A stretch of 64,000 nt of DNA, taken from contig NC_057718.1 of NCBI RefSeq assembly GCF_004010195.1, positions 26,260,990-26,324,989 on the forward strand, given 5' to 3'. The translations under genes and the position numbers were made by a program. Below are positions 11,823-24,299 of the stretch, piece by piece. The stretch is from Chiloscyllium plagiosum. Its lineage: Eukaryota. Position 1 is the stretch's first letter. Each line of letters begins with the position of its first letter. The notes below the pieces were generated by a model. The model did not search any database and was not told the DNA's origin. It saw nothing but the letters and a program-made list of their open reading frames with translations.

Positions 11823-13504
11823 CAAGCAGGTGCTGTACTCCCAGGTTCAAAACACCAGGCAAGCCCCAGGTGGACAGAGGAAGCACTTCAGGGATACCCT
11901 TAAGGGCTCACTGGTGAAGTGCAGCATTCCCACTGACACCTGGGAATCACAGGCCCAAGACCATCCAAAGTGGAGGAGGAGCATCTGGGAAGGCGTCAAG
12001 CACCTCGAGACTTGCTCTCAGGAGAAGAGCCAGGAGAAAACAATGAAAGGAGCATGCTGCCACACCCATGCCCCACTCACCCCTTCCCATGACCACCTCC
12101 TGCCCCAAAGGTAATAGAGCCTGCGGTAACTGTATCGGTCTGTACAACCGCCTATGGACTCACCCTGAGAGTGGAAGAGTGATCCTCGTCTGTAAGGGGC
12201 TGCCAATGAATGAACAACACATGTATATAGCACAGAACAATAAAATGTTTCAGCCTTAACATATAATGAAAATGTAAGTCAGGATAGGAAAAAAAACATC
12301 AGTTTATGCTGATAGGAATTGTGGAAACAGAGAACAAAGCAGGAAAGATACATGATTGGCATATAACAGGTGTAGTATTGATTTAAATTGAATGGGTTGT
12401 AAAAATTAACAATTGGTAATTCAAGACAAGACTGTGTGAATGACAAAGAATGAGCTAAGGACTGGCAATATGAGGTAGTGATCTATTGCTGAGTTATTGT
12501 TATTGTGTAGGAAGAATAATGTAGTAACTCAACATGGAATGAATAAAGGTAGCATTCAGAAAATGACGGCTGACTGAAACCTGATTCACGAAAAAACTGT
12601 TAATTGAAAAATGCAACACAAAACCTATGTCAGTCTGGCATGTTTATTCCATATTTTACCAGCCTAGAATAAATTAAAAAGGTACAAGATGTTCCGTTGT
12701 CTAACTCCAATGTCCCTCATCTTGACAAGTATGAAGATTGAGTCAAACAAAATCCAAAAAAAAAGCTTTCGTTAGCAGAAAGACTGATGTGCATTCGGAT
12801 ATAAAGTGAAAGTTACTGTAACTGGAATTTAAAATGGAAATGATAACATATTTTAGCCTGTTGTCAGCCACATCAGCTCTTTCTCAACTTGTCAGTGCCC
12901 ACATTACTGGTATAGAATTAACTGGACTGGTGATTCATTCTATTACTACGCAGAGCTATTCTAGAAATACTTAAAGAATGAAGCCACAATTCTTAGTAAT
13001 TTGCAATATAAGCGAGGCAATTATTGTTGCATTTTATTTTCAAGCATGAGTTTGAGAAAGTGGTAGTGAGACACTTTTTTGAATCACATTATACAAGTAT
13101 TATCGATCTACCCACAGTCCTTTTAGGTAGCAATTTTCAGGATTTTGATTGAGTGACAATGATATGTTTCCAAGTCAAAATGATATGTAACTTGAAGGGG
13201 AGCTGAGAGATGCTGGGGTCTGTTCCCCTTGACTATCTCAGTAGTAAATCTGCAGATTTTGATATGTGCTGTAGAAGAAACTGTAGATAGGATGTAAGTT
13301 GTTTCTACAGTCATATTGCAAAATCAAAAATACAAAAAGCAGAAAAAATTATAGAGCTTAGAAAGAATGAGATATTCAATAAAAGAAAGACAGAAGGATA
13401 GAAGATTGAAGAAGTTTGCATGTTGTATTCAAGAGATGTTAACTGCCAGATGATAAGCTTTCATTCAAATACAGAATTTTGCTATGATCTTATCAGTTCA
13501 GGAC

Positions 13505-13838
13505 TTGGTGGCTTAGTGGTATTGCAACTGGGATAGTAATCAAGAGATCCAAGTTAATGCTTGAGAGTCATGAGTTCAGCCCTCACTTCAGCAGCTGATG
13601 AAGCTTAAATTCAATGAATAGCGCCAGAAAATCAAGCCAGTCTCTGTCATGACAACTGTTATATAAACCTATCTTGTTTATCAATGTACTGTACAGAAGG
13701 AAATCTGCCATCCTAACCTGATCTGGCCTACATGTGACCCCAGACCCACAGCAATGTTGTTCTTGATTCTTAAATGCCTTCAAGGACAATTGCTGGCCTT
13801 GCCATTGACACCCACATCCCATGAAAGAATAAAGAAAT
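13505..13838 (+). mobile_element. tRNA-derived SINE with L2-like tail
   Basis: A-box-like ggtggcttagtgg, core ggaaatctgccatcctaacctgatctggcctacatgtgac, tail cccacatcccatgaaagaataaag. Related copy at 25788-26128. Confidence 0.75.
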
Positions 13839-13989
13839 TGATTAGTCATGAAATCAAACCAGAAGATTTGTGAATTGGGTCTATACATCGACTGATAATC
13901 CACATGTGAACACAGAATCGACACATTTCAATGAGAAATAAAATTTCCAAGTGGAAGACCTAACATTAATTATGAAAGTAACAACTTCA

Positions 13990-15738
13990 AGAAAACCTGT
14001 ATGATTACACAAAGTAGTTAGAACTATAAAAACTTAACAAGAGTTTTCATTGATATTTTAAAAAGCTCAGAATGGAAGTGTTGGTCATACAGAAAGTGAG
14101 TTGGAGAATTAATAATAGTAAACAAGGAGATGGTAGGTCAGAGGAGCAGGGAATTTTGCATTAGTCTTCACTATAGAGGATACAAGCAGCCCATATATAA
14201 AGAGCTGTAAATCAGGAAGTTAAAGGGTAGGATGAAGTCAAGAAAATTATAATCATTGGGGAAATGTTTCTGAACAAATGATTGGTGCTGAGGGCTGACC
14301 AATCTCTGATGAACTGCATCCTTGAGTCTAAAAAGAAGTGGCTGGTGAAAGAATTGATAGTTTTAATTTTCGTTAGTTTCAATTTTCCAAAATTTCCTAG
14401 ATTCAGAGAAGATTATTAGATTGTAAAACAGTGAATGTGACACCTTTATCCAAAAAAGAGGGAGATTGAAACAAGAAACTACAGGGGAGTAGGGTTAACA
14501 TCCTGTCATAGGAAAGATGTTAGAAGTTATTGTTAAAGACATTATAACAGGACACTTAGAAAAACTCAAGGTATGCAAGCAGTTAATCATATTTAACCAA
14601 AATATTGGGATTCTTTGAGAAAGTAATACATTGTGGATGAAGGGATAGAGGTGGATGCACTGTACTTTCCAGAAAGCATTTAATAAAGTTGCACATCAGA
14701 GCTTATTGAGAAAATAAAAGCTTATAATACAGGGCCTTGGGTAAAAACAAACTAGTTAGCTAGTTAAGAGGAAACAGAGAGTAAACATAACTAGGTCATT
14801 TTTTAATTGGAGAGATGTAATGAATGACACACCTCAAGGGTCGGGGCTGGGATCTCAACTTTTTACATTTTATAAAAATGACTTGGATGAAGGACCCACA
14901 GGTACGTTTGTAAAATTTGCTGATGACACAACGTTATGTAGGAGAGTAAATTTTGTAGTGGATATAAATGACTCCAGAAGTAGATTGAATGAGTGAGCAA
15001 AAGATCTGGAAATGCATTATAATGTAGGAAAATGTGAAATTGTTCCTTTTGGCAGGGAGAGTAGAAAATAAATATTTTATACGAATGGTTAGAGTTTGCA
15101 GAGTTCTGAATGCAGAGGGATCTATGCCTCTTAGTATATAAGTCATAGATGGTTAGTACACACATACTGCAAGTCATTAGGAATGCTAACAGAAGGTAAT
15201 CATTTATCGTGAGTGAATTGAATACAAACAAAAGGAGGATATGATTCAGTTATACAGGTATTGGTGAGACCACAACTGGAATACTGTGTACAATATGAGT
15301 CACTTCATTTAAGAAAGGATGTAAGAATTTTCAGAGAAGGTTTATAAGGCTAAAACCTGGAATGTGCAGGTTAGTTATAAGGAAAGTTTGGCCTGGTGAG
15401 TCTTGTATCCACTGAAGATTAGCAGAGTAAGAGACAATTTGGTTGAAACACACTTGGTTGAAAGGATCTTGGCAAAATGATTGAGAAAAATAATATTTCC
15501 TTTTGTGGGAGAACTTACCTCAAGAGATCATGAGTCTTTGGAATGATCTTCCTTAAAAGTCAGTAGAAGCAAAGTCCATGAATAATTTTAAAGCAGATGT
15601 AGATAGATCCTTAATAAGCAAGGAGGTGAAAGGTTATCAGTTTCATATGAGAATGTGGAGTAATACCATGATCTTAGTGAATGATGGAACAGGTTCAAGG
15701 GGTTGAGTGGTCTGCACTAATTTGTATGTCTGTATGTG
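13990..15738 (+). mobile_element. Heavily decayed CR1 LINE (RT region and 3' tail)
   Basis: Remnant RT motifs (aaatttgctgatgacac = KFADDT; gtgagaccacaactggaatactgtgta = VRPQLEYCV) and a CR1 tail ending ~115 bp upstream of the 15854 exon. Confidence 0.8.
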
Positions 15739-15853
15739 CATACAGAATATTAATTGCATTTATTAGATTTTGATTGTGAATTACTTTCTTTCCAGTTATT
15801 CTCACAAACTGCATAAGGCAAAATTTTGATTTTAATTATTTTCTTTAATGTAG

Positions 15854-15988
15854 GCAATGCAGACAGCTCTCCTGCAAATCATTCTGCCAATTCAAGCCAG
15901 TCTCTGCTAGGCCGAGCCTTTGTGGACAAGACTGTTGTAGCTGCTAGTAAGAAGGTACAAGAGGAGATGCAAGTCAGTGCTCTGTCAG
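15854..15988 (+). CDS. ALK: Probable next ALK exon (exon 11 equivalent; poorly conserved extracellular linker after MAM2)
   Basis: Acceptor ttttctttaatgtag|GC and donor TCAG|gtatga; 135 nt, phase 1 to phase 1, open. It joins in frame to the 2917-3011 exon (A+GC=Ser): SNADSSPANHSANSSQSLLGRAFVDKTVVAASKKVQEEMQVSALS, with NHS/NSS sequons. It lies in non-repeat sequence. Assignment is by position, phase and size, not by sequence similarity. Confidence 0.62.
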
Positions 15989-17518
15989 GTATGAGCCATG
16001 TAAACTAATTTGTTTGACATTTTAAAGAATTGTTTTTGGAATGTGGATTTGAAATGTAGATTTTTCTTTTCCAATTGTAAAGCTTCTCCTGGATTATCTG
16101 ACATGCTATTGGAAATATTGCATCTTGGGTTGTTCATCTTTTGAGATTTGATTTAAAAAGGCTGAATAAGACTTAAAAGACAACATACAGAATAACACCT
16201 TATTCTGACTTGTTTCCAAATATAAGATAAAATGAATGCAGTGTAACAGCATGCTTATTTGGAAATAAATTTTGATTATAAGATTGATTAGAATGTTGTA
16301 GCAACTAGTGAGTCTAAACCCTTATGCTCATCATGAAATGAAACTCCTGCAATCAACATTTTGTCCAGTGCTTTAGGAAATTGTAATGTTGGACTAAAAT
16401 TGAGGAAACATACCACTCTCCTGGTGATGTCCATGAAACATGCTGTTGCTGTAGGAGGCAAGGCTTGCCAGTCCCAATTCCCAGGTTGTTTATGAAGCAG
16501 CTTCTTATATGGAACGGGAACCCAGCTTAGCATATATTTTTTATAATATATTTCCATATTCTTAGCAAATTATCCCCCCAGTTATGCCAGTTCTCCTGCT
16601 ATAAATCTCAGTCGCCAATATTTTCTTTATTTTAATTAAAGATATTATCCTTCATTGGTGTAATGAGGAGTGAGAATTTTCCTATCCTTCTGCTTTTCTT
16701 TGTACAACAAATAGGTGTGTGACCGTGACCTCACTAAATCCACATGTGGCCTCATCAATACCCTGTATAACTGAAGTATAACTTCCATAATTTTGTATCA
16801 ATTCTCCTCACAATAAATGACCTAATGGTTCCCTCATTCCAATGAAGAAATCAATTGATTTCTACTCACTTGTACACTGATAGAAATTGCAGTGCTGCAT
16901 CTACTGTCTGCTCCTCCTTAGAGTTTGCCAGAAGGTCAAGATCAGGTTGGAAAAGTAATGACAGTTTAAGAGAGGGAAATACAGATCAGAAAGTAGCAGC
17001 GTTATCTCCAACAATAACTGATTCCCTAGGTGCTAAATTCAGATGCCTTCAAATTAATGTCATCAATGAAATTTCCTAATGCAATTTGTTACAATTCATT
17101 TGTCCATAAGCAATAGAAACAAGAGTAGACCAATTAGCCCTTCGAGCCTACTCCACCATTCAATAGGATCATGACTGATCCAACATTCCTCATGTCCACT
17201 TACCTGCCCGTTCTGCATAACCCTTGATTGCTCCACTGATTAAGAACTTATCAATCTCAGCCTTAAAGGGACAAAAGGATTCTGGCACCACACCTCTCTG
17301 TGGCAAGGAATTCCAAAGATTATCAACCCACTGAGAGAAGGAATTCCTCCTCATCTTAGTCCCTTGATTCTGAGAAATGCAGTCTGTCCCTAGACTGTCC
17401 CATGAGGGGAAACACCTTCACAACATCCTTCAGAATCCAGCATGGTTCAATGACTTCTCAGCTGAAAATGTGTTGCTGGAAAAGCGCAGCAGGTCAGGCA
17501 GCATCCAGGGAACAGGAG

Positions 17519-17554
17519 AATCGACGTTTCGGGCATAAGCCCTTCTTCAGGAAT
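17519..17554 (-). ncRNA. Minimal hammerhead ribozyme motif in PLE pseudo-LTR
   Basis: Minus strand: attc-CTGAAGA-a-gggc-ttat-gccc-GAAA-cGTC-gatt, in the same sense as the PLE ORF. Confidence 0.72.
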
Positions 17555-17684
17555 GAGGAAAGTTTGTCCAGCAGGCTAAGATAAAAGGTAGGGAGGAGGG
17601 ACTTGGGGGAGGGGCGTCGGAAATGTGATAGGTGGAAAGAGGTCAAGGTGAGGGTGATAGGTCAGACTGGAGTGGGGGCGGAGA

Positions 17685-17866
17685 NNNNNNNNNNNNNNNN
17701 NNNNNNNNNNNNNNNNNNNNNNNNNNNNNNNNNNNNNNNNNNNNNNNNNNNNNNNNNNNNNNNNNNNNNNNNNNNNNNNNNNNNNNNNNNNNNNNNNNNN
17801 NNNNNNNNNNNNNNNNNNNNNNNNNNNNNNNNNNNNNNNNNNNNNNNNNNNNNNNNNNNNNNNNNN
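17685..17866. other. Assembly gap (N run)
   Basis: Run of N bases. Confidence 1.
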
Positions 17867-20800
17867 TCGCTCCGCGAGTAGGCGGCCTGTCTCCCCAATA
17901 TAGAGGAGGTCACACCGGCTGCAGCGGATGCAGTAGATGATGTGGGTGGAGGTGCAGGTGAATCTGTGGCGGATATGGAAGTTTCCTTTGGGGCCTTGGA
18001 GAGGAGTGAGGGGGGAGGTGTGGGCGCAAGTGTTGCACCTCCTGCGGTTGCAAGGGAAGGTGCCGGGAGTGGTGGTTGGGTCGGTGGGGGGTGTGGATCT
18101 GACAAGGGTGTCGCGGAGGGAGTGGTCTCTACGGAAAGCTGATAGGGGAGGGGAGGGAAATATATCCTTGGTGCTGGGGTCTGTTTGGAGGTGGCGGAAG
18201 TGACGGCGGATGATGGGCTGTACATGGAGATTGGTGGGGTGGTAGGTGAGGACTAGTGGGGTTCTGTCCTGGTGGCGGTTGGAGGGGCGGGGTTCAAGGG
18301 CGGAGGATCGGGAAGTGGAAGAGATGCGGTGGAGGGCATCGTCGACCACGTTGTGGGGGAAATTGCGGTCCTTGAAGAAGGAGGCCATCTGGGTTGTGCG
18401 TTTTTGGAACTGGTCCGCCTGGGAGCAGATGCGGCGGAGTCGAAGGAATTGGGAGAATGGGATGGCGTTTTTACAGGGGGCAGGATGGGAGGAGGTGGTC
18501 CAGGTAGCTGTGGAAGTCGGTCGGTTTGTCGTAGATGTCCGTGTTGATTCGGTCGCCTGAGATAGAAATAGAAAGGTCGAGGAAGGGGAGGGAGGAATCT
18601 GAGACTGTCCAGGTGAATTTGAGGTCGGGGTGGAAGGTGTTGGTGAAGTGGATGAACTGTTCAACCTTCTCGTGGGAGCACGAGGCGGCGCCGATACAGC
18701 CATCGATGTAGCGGAGGAAGAGGTTGGGGTGGGGCCAGTGTAGTTGCGGGAGATGGATTGTTCCACATATCCTACGAAGAGGCAGGCATAGCTGGGGCCC
18801 ATGCGGGTGCCCATGGCTACTCCTTTCGTTTGGAGGAAGTGGGAGGAAGTCCTCCCAAGTCCCTTTGTGTTGCAGCTTTCTGCAGTTTTTTCTCCACTTA
18901 AATACTTGTTCTCCCTTACAAACTGAACAACTTGACATTTTCCCATTTACCAACATTTTTACCCACTTACCCAACTTATCAATATTTCCCTGTAAACTGT
19001 TTGTATCCCTCTCACAACCTGCAAATCTGGCTACAGTTCATTCGCTTCCTTCCTCCAAGTCATTAATACATATGTAAACAGTTCCAGTCTCAGGACTGAT
19101 TTCCATGGCACCTCCCTGGTTACAGGTCACCAACCTCATAAAGAACCCCCTACCCCACTCGCTGTTTCCTGACCATCTGCCAATTCTCTATCCATGCCAA
19201 TATATTATCTGCAACATCATGGGCTCTTATGATTTAATATTTTGTTGAAAGCTCTTATAAGTCAAAATATAACAGATCTACTGGTTCCTGTCTGTGCACT
19301 CTGGTTGAGACTCCCTTGAAACACTCTAATCAATTAGTCAGACATGATTTCCTTTCATGAAGCCATGCTGACTTTGCTTGATTAGATTCAGATTTCTTGC
19401 TTACATTTCTTTAATAATTGATTCCGACACCTTCCCAACAATAGCTGTCAGGCTAACTGGCATATACTTACCATTTTTGCCATCCCCACTTTTTGAATAA
19501 GGGTGTCACATTGGCAGCTTTCCAAACCTCTGGTACTGCTTCAGAATCCAGGCATGTTTGGAAAATTACAACTAATGCATCTCCTAACTGCGTTTAGCCC
19601 AACTAGTTAATCTAATACTATTTCTCTCGTGAAGGTGATGGTACTTAATTTCTCCCCTATATTCTTTAGTATGAATGGGCTGTTCAAAGTACCTTCCACT
19701 GTAAAGACTGATGCAAAATATATGGCTAAATCCTCTGCCATTTCTTTGTCCCCCATAACAGTCTCCCCAGATCCATTTTCTAAGGAGCCTATGTTCACTT
19801 TGATCTCTCCCTTTTTTATACATTTAATTAAGCTCTTATTGTCAGTTTTTATATTCCTGTCCAGTTTGCCCTCATAATTTATTTTCTCTCCCTTTACTAA
19901 CATTTTTTGTATTTTTTTTTCAATTATCAGAAGAATTATATAGTTCACTTGTTACTTCTTTCAAGCAGAATGCTTAAACAAAATAGCATTCAATTACTTT
20001 CATAGCAAACAAGGTTTTTAAGCAAATAGTTGTGCTTATTTGTGTCATAACAGTAGGGGGAGCCCTCTCTGCACATGCACAGATAAACAAAATTCATGTG
20101 CAGCTCTGCCAGTTATATTCAATGTCCATCTTGCACATACAGTGTGGCTACATTTCAGGAACATCAGGTCATGTGTGCATAAGTTCATGAGACATGAAAG
20201 AACATACATTTATATATCATCTTTCATGTAGTTCTCAGGAGTGTCATCAGACAAACAATGAAATTGGACTACAGTAAAGAAGTGATACCCAGAATCACAG
20301 TAATAGTTAAATATTTGGTCAAAAAGGGTAGATTTTACAAAGAACAGTAGGAGGAAAGATGACCAAGTTTACAGAGAGAACTACAGAGCTCAAGATTGAG
20401 ACACCCTGACAGTATGGCCACCCAAGGAATAAGGTGATTTAAAGCAGCTTGAGAGGATCAGAGTTCTTAGAGGGAAGGTGACGTCTACGGAGAAAAAGAG
20501 GAATGAGTTTACAAATGAATTTAATATTGTGCTGGATATTAAGATAAATTAGCACCATTGCTATTTACAGGGCATTTCCTAAAGACCTCTGATTAGGAAA
20601 TATAGGTACCCATAGAGATAATGGTCAAATTTTGGTGAACCTTTACACTGTGAGCTGTGGAAATCAGGTACTTACTGAATGCTGTGTTGTTGGCCGGTTG
20701 GAACTTTGAAGATTCAGCAAGAGATTTTTCTGAATTAAATGTATGGAGCCAACATGATGAAATAAACCCAAGGGAGATATCAACCGTGATGTAATTGAAT

Positions 20801-21132
20801 GGCAGAAGAAACTCAAGGGGTTGGATAGTTTATGTCTGTTCCTGTATTCCAATATCGTGTTTGCACCCTGTCTCTACTAGCACTCAAGCTCATGCTGATA
20901 AATCTGTTTTTCTGTCTGTCTGCCCGCAATTCAAGGGCTCCCAACCATTCCTTGCCTCCCAGGCAATTCTTTTGTCAGGGCTTCACAGGAAAAGTGGTTT
21001 CCAGACCAATGAGAGGAAAATGCACCATTTATAATTGCAAGAATTTGAAATATCGCAATCTGAATATTTGCAATAACTAAAGAAAGTTTTATTTTATTCA
21101 CTTGTGGGACATGGGCATTGCTGTCAGCATTT

Positions 21133-21910
21133 AGAATTAGAATTAAAATAGCCTTTATTGTCAGGTCCACTCAAATGAGTGCAGTGAAAAGTTTGTGATG
21201 TCACCGCTTTGGCACTGTCTTAGGTACAGGACACCAAGGTACAGATACATTGTTACAGAATTAAAAGAGTAAGAGCATTAGTCTAGCGCAAGAATACAAA
21301 GTTTTACAAAGTACTAGGATTACTCAAAGTCCAGAATAACAATAAAAGTATCTTTAAAAAGTACAGGTCGTTCTGCAATAACCCGTGTTTTATTAATGCA
21401 AATTCACCATAATGCTATTGACAAATTAGGGACACTTTCTAAAGCATGAATTTTTAAAATGTGTATTGGTTATTACGCAATCCCGTTCCCATTAGTTTCA
21501 ATGGTGCTGCTATTATGCAATTTTCCTATAACATGGGATTGCACGAGAACGGAACTATTGCATTATCACAGAACTAATTTTACTCAAACCACAGTTATTT
21601 TCACTGAGTCCGTGCCCACCGGGCTTCAGAACTTCTGCCTCCTCATAATGGCCTCTGGCCCATGATTCGCCGCCTGCATTTACCTCCAGGACTTGTCTCC
21701 CAGATTGGCCTGGGCTCAGACTGCCTCCCACGCAGGGCTTCGGCCTGCAACTGATCTCCAGGACATGCCTCCTGCTTGGCATAGGGTCTGACTCATCTCT
21801 CACACAAGCCAGGACTTAGGCTCACCTCCTCTATTCTCCAGGTAAGTTTAAGAAGTTAAAAGTCGGTGGGTAGGGGAAGGGGAAAAAAACTGCAGAAAAA
21901 AGAAGAAAAA
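21133..21910 (-). mobile_element. Non-autonomous retroelement with Rex/Babar-like 3' tail (family recurring at 24300, 53690, 62652)
   Basis: Minus-strand end ...cttttcactgcactcatttgagtggacctgacaataaa..(ttctaa)n with a GC-rich body and a T-rich 5' part. The same architecture occurs at three other places in the window. Confidence 0.5.
21364..21580. mobile_element. Tc1/mariner (Tigger-like) MITE
   Basis: Flanked by TA on both sides, with degenerate TIRs CAGGTCGTTCTGCAATAA ... TTATCACAGAACTAATTT; no coding capacity. Confidence 0.6.
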
Positions 21911-22116
21911 AATCTTATTGCTCATCCTGAGTTTTCCCTAATTCAGTTGTGGGATATGGACGTTGCTAGCTGGTCAGCATTTATTTAGAGACAGAAACAC
22001 TGCAGATGCTGGAATCCACGGTAGACAGGCAGGAGGCTGGAAGATCACAGCAACACAGGTAGCATCAGGAGTTGGATAAGTCAACATTTCGAGTTCCTGA
22101 AGAAGAGTAACTGGCA

Positions 22117-23600
22117 TTAGTGTGGCGCAAATATTATTTGCCACTTGTCAGCCCAAGCCTGGGTATTGTCCAGATCTTGTTGCATTTGAACATGGACTAC
22201 TTCAGTATCTGAGGAATCGCAAATGATGCTGGACATTGTATAATCATTGTCAAACATCCCCATTTCTGACCTTATGTTGGAGGGAAAGTCATTGATAAAG
22301 CAACTGAAGATGGATGGGCCTAGGATACTACCATGAGAAACTCCTGCAGAGGTGTTGTAGGATTGAAATGCCTGACCTCCAACCATCTTCCTATATGCTA
22401 GATATGACTGGAACCAGGTAGATTTCCCCCCACTACCCATTGATTTCAGTTTTACTGGGATTAATTGATGCCACACTAAGTTGCCCTTGAAAAGGTGGTG
22501 GTGAGCTGCCTTCTTGAACTGCTGCAGTCCATGTGCTATGGGCAGACTCAAAATGCCGTTAGGGAGGGAATTCCAAGACTTTGCACCAGCATCACTGAAG
22601 GAACGGTGATATATTTCCAAGATAGAATGGTGTGTCTTGGAGGGGAGCTTGCAGGTGATGGTGTTCCCATGTATCTCCTGCCCTTATCTTTCTAGATAGA
22701 AGTGGGCATTGGTTTGGAAGGTATTGTCTAATGAGGATCAGTGAGTTTCTGCAGTGCGTCTTGTACATAGCACACAGTGCTGTGACTGGCCACCAGTGAT
22801 GCATCAAAGTCTTTTATCGATCTGAAACAAGACTTAGACAATGATTCATTTGTCCAGACCAACCTTTATTTTTCTTGCATGCAGGGGGAGTGTACCTATT
22901 CACACAATAGGTAATAACTCCAACAAGCAATTCAAAATACAACCTTTTTATAACATAAACATGGGAAAATGTCTACATGATTATTCAGCAAAGCAATAAG
23001 TACAAAATTGTGATAACAGGCCTGACTGATGGGAAATGATTACTTGTGCAGTTCATTTGGACTGTCTCAGACTTTCCTAGGCCGTTTGCTTTCCCATGGA
23101 TCCTGATCATAAGATGTCTCATTGTTTAAGCTGCAATTTTTTGCTTACTATCTATTAGCAATATTAAATTTAAACCTCAAGCTACTCTATCCTTCATGCT
23201 GGCTCCCAAAACATTTTATTCTTCACTGAGTAGGATATTGCTGAGCAGGTGCTGCTTGATAGCACTGTTTATGACACCTTCCATCACATTACTGATGATT
23301 GAGAAGAGACTGATTGGGCGATAATGAGCCAGGTTGGATTTGTACTGCTTTTTCTGTAGGGACCAGAACTAGGCAAATTTCCACATTGTCGGGTAGCTGC
23401 CAGTGTTGTAGCTGTCCTGGAAGAGTTTGGCTAGGGGAGTAGCAAGTTCTGAAGCACAAGTCTTTTGTGCTGTTGCTGGAATGTTGTCAGTGCCCTCAGA
23501 CTATGCAATATTCAGTGCCTCCAAACATTTCTTGATACCATGTGGACTGAATCAAATTGGCTGAAGACTGGCATAAGTGATACTGGGAACGACTGGGGGA
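22117..23600 (-). mobile_element. L2/CR1-group LINE RT fragments (22117-22800 and ~23235-23600)
   Basis: ORF 22117-22620 contains GVSHGSILGPSIFSCFINDFP, MFDND and QQDLDNTQAWADKWQ. 23235-23600 is a further RT piece (WKFALV.P, ISLFSIISNVMEG-like). Confidence 0.75.
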
Positions 23601-24299
23601 GCTTTTATCCTAACCAGTAAAGACTATCAATTTTCAACATTCATCAGCTGATTTTAATACCTAGTACCTTCATTGGATAAAATGGAGGATAAGAAGGAAT
23701 AAACATGGACCTAAAGTGGCAGCAGTGATTATATGGCCGTAGATAGAGGCAAGATCAGGAAAATAATGTCACATAAATAAAACGGTCTCAACTGAAATAA
23801 CCGTTTTATTTTAAGGTATGGAAACCAGACAACTGATTCAGCTTTCAAGTCATTTTCACCTGCTGTTATATTTGAATGAGAAGTTGCATATATTTACTTG
23901 GAAGGGTTGCCTGCAAATACCCATTTTAGAAAGACAATGCAGTCAGACTCGAGAATACACCAATTAGTAATGTTTCAATAGCTGCTTAACAAAGCAGCAG
24001 AGAGAGAAAGGATTAGGTAACAGCAAAGACAAAGGCTTCTCTCTAACTGCGTCTTTCTCAACATCTTGAAAGTCCACACTTGTTAGAACTCAGAGAAAAA
24101 TCAATTCACCAAGAACTCAAGAATTCAATAAATTCTGATACTGTGGAACGTATAAGGCATCAGCTGGACAGTGACAGCCTCAGGGTCAATTTAACAACTC
24201 AAGAACTCATTACAAACTTTTTGAACTGCTATCCTTTATCTTCCTACTGAGCTGAACACTCTGCCTGTTTTTAATACTCTATTTGTTTTTGCTTATGCA

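Larger units (their letters stand above)
10450..12210 (+). mobile_element. RTE-clade LINE 3' fragment interrupted by a solo LTR
   Basis: LYGSETWAVHSRHLKAL ... LQWAGH (10453-10633). After removing the LTR the frame reads KLSK|QVLYSQ...GGQRKHFRDTLK...WESQAQDHPKWR, typical of the RTE ORF C-terminus. Confidence 0.87.
17458..18853 (-). mobile_element. 5'-truncated Penelope-like retroelement (Neptune-type): RT C-terminal half, Cys-rich linker, GIY-YIG endonuclease, pseudo-LTR
   Basis: GVAMGTRMGPSYACLF, FLRYID, LPFLDL (RT, with frameshifts between ORFs 17576-18946 and 18471-18974); PLVLTYHP; CNRRRCNTC; IYCIRCSRCDLLYIGET (GIY-YIG). GC-rich with many CpGs retained, so it is young. Confidence 0.93.
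17104..19910 (-). mobile_element. CR1 LINE fragment (3' end 17104-17457; RT 18854-19910) interrupted by a PLE
   Basis: Minus-strand CR1 tail at 17104-17180. ORF 19607-19948 reads YEGKLDRNIKTDNKS...MAEDLAIYFASVFTVE. Confidence 0.82.

Noticed and set aside
13505..13590. tRNA gene
   Set aside because: A/B-box-like sequence continues into a SINE body and tail and has no intact cloverleaf. The same applies to the heads at 25788, 40563, ~47270 and ~63100.
17576..18946. 456-aa ORF as an intact gene
   Set aside because: It is a chimeric read-through of CR1 sequence into a frameshifted PLE and across an N gap. The Ser/Thr/Pro-rich middle is an out-of-frame reading of the PLE RT.
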